A DNA stretch of 64,000 nt from a virus, in the IMG/VR virus record IMGVR_UViG_3300020445_001256, positions 1-64,000 of that record; one strand, 5' to 3'. Below, piece by piece: positions 61,001 through 64,000 of this stretch; the first letter of the stretch is position 1, and the number at the start of each line of letters is the position of its first letter. The notes below the pieces were generated by a model. It was not told the origin of the DNA. It searched no databases and was given only the letters and a program-made list of their open reading frames with translations. Position numbers and translations under genes: made by a program.

Positions 61001-64000
61001 GTTTAAATGAATTTGCTCATACATGGGCTGGTGGTACTGCAAGTAATGCTATTGAAAAAGCAAATGATGTAATTAAGATTGTTGATGAGTCATTAACATT
61101 TACTTGTGCTATGGATAATAATGGCACTAACCATTTGTATCCACGTTCAACTGACCCAATTAGCGGTAGATGGTTAATTATTGAGAATGTTGCATCAACT
61201 ACTTTCGATGTTCAAGTTTTAGATAACGCTCCTTCTACTAACACATCTGCTCACACATTTGTTACTGCTACAACTGGTGCTATTCAAGCTAAGAGAGACC
61301 CTGCTCAAGGAACTGCACTTCCAATTACTGCTGTAGGTGCAACAACTATTACTGTTAACGTTACCCCTGTTACTTCATATAGTTCAACAACTCATACATT
61401 CCAGTCTGCATCTCAAGGTGCTGTTAAGGTTGGTGGTGATTACACTCATAAATTTGTAGATGCTGCCTCTGGTGCTATTATTCCTAATCACGGATTCTAT
61501 ACTGGTGATAGAATTATGTTTGAGGAAGGATCATTAGTCTTTACTTGTGGTATGGATAGTGATGCTACTAGACATGCATATCCAAGAGAAAGTGATCCAT
61601 TCTATAATAAATGGTTGCCAATTAGTAGTGTAACTACAAATACTTTTAATGTTAATGTTGGAACAACTACTAATACACAATTTACACCTACTGGAGGAAC
61701 CTACGATGGAACCACAGGTAAATTAGGTATTACTATTGGTGCTCACACACTTGAAGTTGGTCAACATATTAAGATTGCTACTGGTGGAATTTCATTCACT
61801 TGTGCAATGGATGGTGGTACTGCTGTTAAGGCATATCCTCGTGCAACTGATCCAGCAGACGGTGTTACTCTTCCAATTCTTGAAAGAACTGATACTACTA
61901 TTACTGTTGATGTTGGTCAATCACCTTATGTTTACTTTGATGTTTCTGCTGCTACCTACAACCCAACATCGGGTGTCATGGTACTTACAATTGGAGATCA
62001 TGGATTAACTGCTAATACAAGTATTAGACTTAAAGATAATTCATTAACCTTTAGTTGTGATAATGGTGGTGTTGGAACTGGAACTTATCCTAGATCAAGT
62101 AATGACTACGTTTATCAGAAAGCAATTAATATTGATTCTGTAACTGATACTACAATCACAATTAATGTTAATGGTGGTCAAGGTGCTATTACTAACACCA
62201 ATGCTCATACATTTGTAAGTGCTTTACCTGGAGCAGTTATTGCTGGTGGTGCTTGGGCTCATACTTATTCAACTGCTGCATCAAATGCAATTTCAGTTGG
62301 TGGTAACTATACTCATAACTTTAAATCTGCAACTCCTGGTGGCATAGTAAGAGCTGGTGAGACTATTAGAATTGCTAAAGATGGTATTTCATTCAAGTGT
62401 TCACAAGATGGATATCAAACAATTCATTCATATCCTAGAACAGATGATCCTGGATATAACACTTCTCTACCAATCTATAATGATGGAACATCTTATACTG
62501 CATCTAATGCAGCATATAATGCATCGACTGGAGAGATGGTTATCACTATTAATTCACATGGATTTACAACCAGTGATCAAATTAGAATCGAAAATAATTC
62601 ACTAACATTTACTTGTGTTAAGGATAGTAATACATCTATCCATAGTTATCCTAGAGATAACGATCCTTATGTTCGTAGATGGTTGAGAGTTAGTGCTGTT
62701 ACTGAAAATACATTCACTGTAAATGTAGGTAAGGCATCATCCTCAACACAACAGTACGCACACACATTTGCTAGTGCTGCTAAGAATGGTATTACCAAAC
62801 GTGATAATACTGTTACAGTTAACGTTGGTGCTACTCCAACTAAGAGTTTCACACCGACTGCATCAACTTATAATCCTTCAACTGGTGCTTTAGCATTAAC
62901 TATTGGATCACATAGTCTACCAGCTCCAACCACACATACACCAACTGATGTTGCATATAATCCAACAACAGGTATTATGACTCTTACTATTAATGGTCAT
63001 AACTTCTCTAATGGTGAAAAGGTTAAGATTGCTGATGGTGGATTGAAATTAAGTTGTGCATTTGGTGGTGCTTCAGGTGGTGCTGCACAGAAAGATTACC
63101 CACGTTCAACTGACCCAATTAGCGGTAAGTGGATTCCTATTTCTGGTGTAACTACAAATACATTTGATGTTCAAGTTCTAGATGTAATTCCTTCTACAAA
63201 TACTGACACTCATTCATTCGTATCTGCTGTTACTGGATGTGTAAGTAAAGCAAATTCAACAGTTAAGATTGCTGAGAATTCACTAGTTTATAAGTGTGCT
63301 GAAGATAGTAATGCTACTGAACATGCTTATCCAAGAAGCAACGTTGCTACTCATACAGCAGGACCAGGAACAAATTATAATCCTGTTACAGGTGTTCTAA
63401 AACTTAGTGTTCCTACAGAAAGTCATACACCTTCCACAGCAACATATAACCCAACAACGGGTGATATGGTTCTAACTCTAGATTCAACTTCTGGAACATT
63501 TAATGTTTCTAATGCAACTTATAACACCTCTACAGGTGATATGGTACTTACTATTGGATCTCATAGTTTAACCACATCAAATAGAATTAAACTTAAAGAA
63601 GGATCTTTGAAGTTTGCATGTAACTTTGCTAATGATAATTATCAGACTGCAAAAGCATATCCAAGAGCTTCAGGTGCTAATACTACTAATGGTGCTGACT
63701 ATGCATATAATACATTCTTACCAATTACCGCAGCTGATGCTACAACTATTACTGTCAATGTTAATGGTGGTCAAGGTGCTATCAGTAACAATAATCAGCA
63801 TAACTTCTTAACTGCTGATGCTGGTGCAGTTATTGTTGGTCATGGACTAGAAGTTGGTGATAGAATTAAGATTGCTGATGAATCATTAACCTTTAGTTGT
63901 GATAATGGTGGTGTTGGAAATGGTTCATATCCTAGATCATCTAATGACTATGTTTATCGTAAGTGGATTAGAATTAGAGCAGTAACTGGAACTACTATTA
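46063..64000 (+). CDS. gp7: Giant baseplate wedge initiator gp7-like virion protein (>5,970 aa, 3' end outside window)
   Basis: ATG at 46063, MTSINKVSQAVNRQTPEFV..YPLF.KFLEYYY..E; later 'IKDFYSSKGT..YLFKLLYG' and 'IQDSYYYQDFSYAIKS..W....VHPASFKVFG'. The frame is open wherever checked, and no terminated ORF in this frame appears in the track. Confidence 0.88.
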   Translation, partial: MTSINKVSQAVNRQTPEFVEQDYPLFNKFLEYYYQSQEKTGLGQNILNNFLGYLDIDKLDISILDGATKVVESISATDDIIIVESVDQFLENDGSVLIGDEVIYYEKAQAGPNIALSPGVSYDQVKLKWINLASPLMSFDGSRQSFPLTSQDNPIAPPSVQHLIVSNYGKVLIPGTDYSVEGTNIIFTTAPRTRIPADDASSTYITYLNGFNENTIVALDNLSGSFGESKRQFTITRSGARYEPIADEYVLAIYDNRLLTPKVDFFIDGDQFIFLTAPLNGRFLSLFSIEAPIPSFGAGAVGYARISDTGTLTGISISKNGTGYKSEYPPKISINTENGSGASASALVNGLKSIALLEGGQGYSSTNPPVVQVQAPTAVGATAATVSATVTNGAVSALTITNSGSGYTFTPRITFRQPGGAVLGTPTVVNGQITAVSITSSGFGYTTVPTVYIDEPTGTNPIKAAFQAVLSSDGEITSINILNAGQGYTSTPRMAVIDPVGAQVLETTVDNQGRVTNIELLSGGVGYSDVPSVYIVDNRTDATGAYAGGTGAIATASIFNGQITDINISAFGGGYSQSAPPVVVIQAPPAAEASAEIGLNEVTGFTVNQAGSGYQKAQLTGCARAASSITSYTESGNAIFTNNTIASAHAVDEPIKCLDALFVKRLLDKYTEQYLPDVPTLDYSKIDVRTAIKTIKDFYSSKGTSYSIGYLFKLLYGETVSISYPKDQIIKPSAATWSIDTILRATLVSGDPTDIQDGLLTQEADIADLNVKEASALVENYISIRTSQVTIYELVLSEETIAGTFIVPYKTKLAEPLNKTESIITVDSTIGWPERNGEFIIGSSTDTREIVQYKEKSLNQFIECTRSVNGVVEDWDSATEVKSNFNVYINKGTPQEVVMNIVGIVDAQQTTLTDTGSYYLPGDKLTVSKLGGTGTTPELTTWLYNVKKLIEVTSVAFGGINNQSATITCKNDHGLLVGDQVTIYGANPILYNGTFLVTSRDSDTVFQYALPQPATVIPQGNILVSIDLNKGKSTSTAINNAISPYTTNVQNSFFNDNYVYLASTGIPNYNIGPFPGSALLPGNQRKLTRFPKIPTTISTKDLIGAGPIGTWVNGVSVWSYKSSLTKTFGAITSIGITNAGSGYDAASPPAITISGGGGSGATASVVVDGAISEVTVTTGGSDYTSSPLVSIVGGGGSGAAATAIITKGVVSRILINSGGTGYTSQPQITIVGGGGSGAAATASVRGPIKTINVASGGSAYTSKPSVTLSSGSGAVAQAIVQNGRIISIAIISAGSGYTTAPEITIQGDGFGAVARATIDVDGENAGRVTNIEIINRGIGYLQGTTIINLDSVGSSALFSANVFEWTYNLQSTATLDSAKGGVFEGYNNQYGGEYAHLSNPQTLRYILGDNLYESNTGTILEKEDSVVHSPIIGWAFDGNPIYGPYGYSDPTDQGSVITRLSTSYRVKPALIYDAATNPYPVRTDGPLLTDTDSNGTLLYPYGSFVEDYEYVFGLGDLDQYNGRFCKTPDYPTGRYCYFVTIDNTTAGNPEFPYVLGPSFNSVVDKWNLSTSAVQQNIPTGVVRYRDPYENVDIDVSRAPNVSTNALTTESGDIILFEVEDEDRSGVIDQIETDDPDQMFEESPLQLFDYFPKVTFDSKVDIEVETITKFEDASVNGFTIENPGINYQVNDRLEFDNTGTDGTGVSARVSRIKGEAVESYSFENISGENFGVLKTTEPHNLVIGDSVFVTYNPIMNNTNKTFTVRQFKGIEEIVINQTGSGYNSDIPPTITIDSATGSGGELQAVVTSVGAIETVNIINSGSGYTTNPRVILSHPQVFKKADYYVSKIDNNNYVKVNDVVINENKEIFICGKTKDTNGNEIGFVSKLSATGVKEWEKNLELTGGGQYCEFQKLYVDGNDVWVVGNNRPNSNLLDSYNPDIILAKYTQASNGLSATLGFQKGYAGISGSTRSDSVTAITKLSDTRFVIGGYTNTNSTNPFDAYIALIDTTGNFALKRKVAGTTTSEKITGLVVNAGNVYFSVESAASPNATAIDLGLGKATIGTSAITIDYVKTYSNTSYSFLDSSICIDEFNEIYLTATCRLKANNTTKNSFWVGKTDIDGNLIWNYRYQIPNESGTEYAIQAVSKTAIDVFGDLNVGVTLTSGINGLKTARSFKIGYSGNLKEHSSNLFNLNNVEGVTINSLDVDNSGDVHLYGQSSWNRNEFLLPFTGGATTDTTGHYTPTIVTTGGSLSYENTVQGGYAKILGSQLASPTVWENAYIKFPAADLGTKLADDWTIEFFLYRDSSNSNVFSQNEETLISIGDATVTTGGLWLYFEISTGKIGLAVTNNTTALNAGSAQLSTATTIYATNTWQTIGLKKEGNIFTVYSNGIQVIQSTVPDTSLGSKDLVIGNISGRSGTLNNWRSNEQGQYHVDNLRLRNRAVTPTVPSDIGVLPLAGAFSIGYNWEDDAWFTTNLNKFDYIDYTGIGIKVDKNADAARVGTYTERTNTKLGFIRADEIGTTITPTSLTVVTTGFALADAGFQGLDFDDATITMAQDTETMTYTQDVWSSRTATVPSPGSQKLSVSAVVKDKYYFKVTNTIKIDNVQELTLNQAFNFTTGTKLRLNNNAGTFVNSGYIIRQDTTNNKIYLAINNNAWSNDLNTGNLVTEQFSEQSTYGIVGPIPADVNEIVGYTFAQVNNTTPGTFDIDLDDYNLSGTGYNAGGGQDLDSYAKFKPYSDNDYSVRIDEVTTGSPYIVGSVINITDSNISYNAAYSTAQITGLTAVTKITLVANLTKILQVSAVSNSDEVYVITGTSHYLSAGEMIYVDGNPTENSLDEYDGAFAVNSVVSPLEFTYKLKQVATTSPATSAGSVNIFVKSPVLKMYYGHQYIFDMSHSSLLGGNLSFSKDNLYKLEYSFNSIERTGTPGVSGEGVPTPIVKLKVDDNILTNISYYFDPSRIGADSPINPSSYLDVTNSPYKGTFSISSVAGATITRGADTFKFPLLDEPEGDAEVSQTTYSTSSVKAVGSISDVRIVNSGGFYTRLPIVSSITSTRQIERVAIEDPGTEYANGVYNAVPIAGNGEGGLVEITVADGLDSEGVTIPGQIQAVTVTSPGKNYTTASIDIEAIPGILGAGLTGSGAKLTVVIPNAGTQASIFTKADKVGKIKKLKNNNFGYDYPHDYTLRPEISFPINAQLTSTSILSSITVTNPGSGYSQAPAVVITGGGGSGATAESSIKNGRLDIIIVKDPGAGYSSTPTVSLKSSFNYVVNLDLGLLQFAFPHGITNGAAVTLNVVDTGDGADFPLAAGAVGRLNGTTTYYAISGAANSLENDQLKLALTAANAELGDALSFVNAGEGRQQVLTESFGGSATANVITSTFLEGELVYQGDSLDTATATGYVSTNQGWQIGPRILKIVDYTGTFAETQKVTGVISKSSGTISDLNIARGVLEIGSITKTTGQFIDDVGKPSEIIQKIQDSYYYQDFSYAIKSAVSISEWKEILIKNVHPASFKVFGELNLSDYGFIPNKDTDFQLTKSVELAREAIVPNIQSFALVEPIYSEFNNTEVLFRQKRLTSSENILTSVVQRIDDISGQFDGEKIAFPLTVDGNTVVANANQLMIVLNGIVQNPGTAFEIQGDSIVFSEPPQPPASVKYVNIKISQIAIVSNTFTNQSGIFPSPGNVLTGTNSGAKLTVTSVVGDTIFGFITEGTFIAAENVTVSATGFSANLDVQSNVSNIGLFQYGEQVKNLTNDTAKVEQINLQRGLENALAQLRYTVGPSTTSIEVVPDGSTTDGPVPAGTFTTSTSYQLGSEVVTVTNIVDGNDSTTLTVSRGQNGTVAVSHQEDFPIYGTVIAVTDELTLSKTAGTYKSTPGLFDIQLNDVIIGAKSGVVARVTQTSAYQDPTTQEFISQVNISEGSSFFGLLMNRISSTSYPNIVLDDISKSQVSVVQYTDNTTAFNSQFPANEQLNNIVVPYDNLVGGPIQENETIRNYKLKYGGNTGEFIAGEGARARKLSYINPKGDGFFAKGQVLRTQDTKAEVLGFNQADQVIYLGKVGRTKANGQDYHIPSFSNSAQLDTTVKYYGTASLQLAAATNDYVTIPSSSEFAFGTGAFTIDLMLRPAASSISGTATILDMRASAANEVAGRLYLQAGQVRWNVNNADIVTSGATALTADTWVYVSIMKSGTTTKILLNGVEAGTATDNTTYVAKPIRLGSDYAGANSLTGFIDELRVSNTNRHQTIPFTPQNGIWQGDANTKLLLHFDGADAQTWTEDWSGAEGFTAGEDFNNDAIIASTRSSNATPGGFTGNTQRYYDAADLILLNKEFLAQEVVYILKERHPHHTVKGSEVDCEDDVRDVLDAIISDLRNGTNNKIWDASSYYVDRTSSPIVLKFVSNEVDEVVYTYDKLEEMLKYIVNNTLWDVQGDHGLVQKTDSTITEASGLTTQTFQPTAAAYDAESGYMVLTASGHGMRAERGITATGASYTATTGVLQLTVATTTFSVSTATYDHTTGVMVITIGSHSLTTNDNIRIATGGITFSCNNGGVSTGAYPRANGANTESGADYAYDRWLPILAVGATTITVNVNGGKGAISHAFAHTYSTSSAGCITAGHGLNEGDRIKFDPNSLVMNCTSDGNTVNQSYPRPDDPAAQGWLEVIENTSTTFDVNVGKSPTVNYTASAGTYDADTGFLTMNIGQHNLRTSRKYTATNADYTASSGAMKITIGDNIDVHDASYVAKNGLLKLNIGHHNFKQGSLVKIAPNSLFFTCSMDDHQSVHAYPRSSDPVYNDDIEVIDITDDTITVDVGTSPEVSYTPTGATYNTSTGDMVLTIGAHSLAAGTSIRLLDESIAFSCSFGSGGTSSYPRPTVDTKNVQTASYNPQSGILSVTTTAAHNLTGPTAKNVTDATYNASTGILQLESAGHGFSLGDKIRIKDDALVFTCTKDGNATNHTYPRSTDPVSGQWLTIVAKATDTIDLQVGASKIGLNEFAHTWAGGTASNAIEKANDVIKIVDESLTFTCAMDNNGTNHLYPRSTDPISGRWLIIENVASTTFDVQVLDNAPSTNTSAHTFVTATTGAIQAKRDPAQGTALPITAVGATTITVNVTPVTSYSSTTHTFQSASQGAVKVGGDYTHKFVDAASGAIIPNHGFYTGDRIMFEEGSLVFTCGMDSDATRHAYPRESDPFYNKWLPISSVTTNTFNVNVGTTTNTQFTPTGGTYDGTTGKLGITIGAHTLEVGQHIKIATGGISFTCAMDGGTAVKAYPRATDPADGVTLPILERTDTTITVDVGQSPYVYFDVSAATYNPTSGVMVLTIGDHGLTANTSIRLKDNSLTFSCDNGGVGTGTYPRSSNDYVYQKAINIDSVTDTTITINVNGGQGAITNTNAHTFVSALPGAVIAGGAWAHTYSTAASNAISVGGNYTHNFKSATPGGIVRAGETIRIAKDGISFKCSQDGYQTIHSYPRTDDPGYNTSLPIYNDGTSYTASNAAYNASTGEMVITINSHGFTTSDQIRIENNSLTFTCVKDSNTSIHSYPRDNDPYVRRWLRVSAVTENTFTVNVGKASSSTQQYAHTFASAAKNGITKRDNTVTVNVGATPTKSFTPTASTYNPSTGALALTIGSHSLPAPTTHTPTDVAYNPTTGIMTLTINGHNFSNGEKVKIADGGLKLSCAFGGASGGAAQKDYPRSTDPISGKWIPISGVTTNTFDVQVLDVIPSTNTDTHSFVSAVTGCVSKANSTVKIAENSLVYKCAEDSNATEHAYPRSNVATHTAGPGTNYNPVTGVLKLSVPTESHTPSTATYNPTTGDMVLTLDSTSGTFNVSNATYNTSTGDMVLTIGSHSLTTSNRIKLKEGSLKFACNFANDNYQTAKAYPRASGANTTNGADYAYNTFLPITAADATTITVNVNGGQGAISNNNQHNFLTADAGAVIVGHGLEVGDRIKIADESLTFSCDNGGVGNGSYPRSSNDYVYRKWIRIRAVTGTTI
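59400..64000 (+). repeat. Tandem ~100-aa domain repeats within the giant ORF
   Basis: Recurrent 'A.Y...TG...LTI..H.L..G..I.I...SL.F.C..D....YPR..DP....L.I......ITVNV'; exact DNA repeats at 61141/63100 (28 bp) and 62041/63883 (37 bp). Confidence 0.8.

Noticed and set aside
3537-62852. Minus-strand and alternate-frame ORFs in the track (e.g. 32493-33032, 18318-18656, 30329-30685)
   Set aside because: They overlap well-supported + strand genes and show no motifs.
46051-64000. Apparent 18-kb region with only short ORFs in the track
   Set aside because: Artefact: one + strand frame is open from 46063 to the window end, so it was never reported. The listed short ORFs are shadows of it.

Overview
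This AT-rich 64 kb window has essentially all genes on the + strand and comes from a T4-like marine cyanomyovirus (Prochlorococcus/Synechococcus phage). The evidence is the T4-type baseplate genes (gp27-like hub, gp5, gp25, gp6, a giant gp7-like wedge protein), T4 late promoters (TATAAATA) and the cyanophage auxiliary genes cp12, cpeT and petF. From left to right the window holds: (1) baseplate hub genes; (2) a block of virion/fibre genes, six of which share one small docking module fused to different head domains; (3) a late-promoter-driven run from a Gly-rich adhesin through nine 2OG-Fe(II) oxygenase-family genes and a QueG/RdhA-like Fe-S protein; (4) an early/variable region with a putative restriction-modification pair, a second MTase, a helicase, two closed multi-stem RNA leaders, many tiny ORFs and 12 copies (window-wide) of a 7-8-7 palindromic promoter motif; (5) a candidate origin/non-coding region near 39.1-39.95 kb; (6) petF, a SET-domain gene, gp25 and gp6; (7) a >5,900-codon ORF from 46063 that runs off the end and is missing from the ORF track. 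All calls come from reading motifs by eye; no database searches were run.
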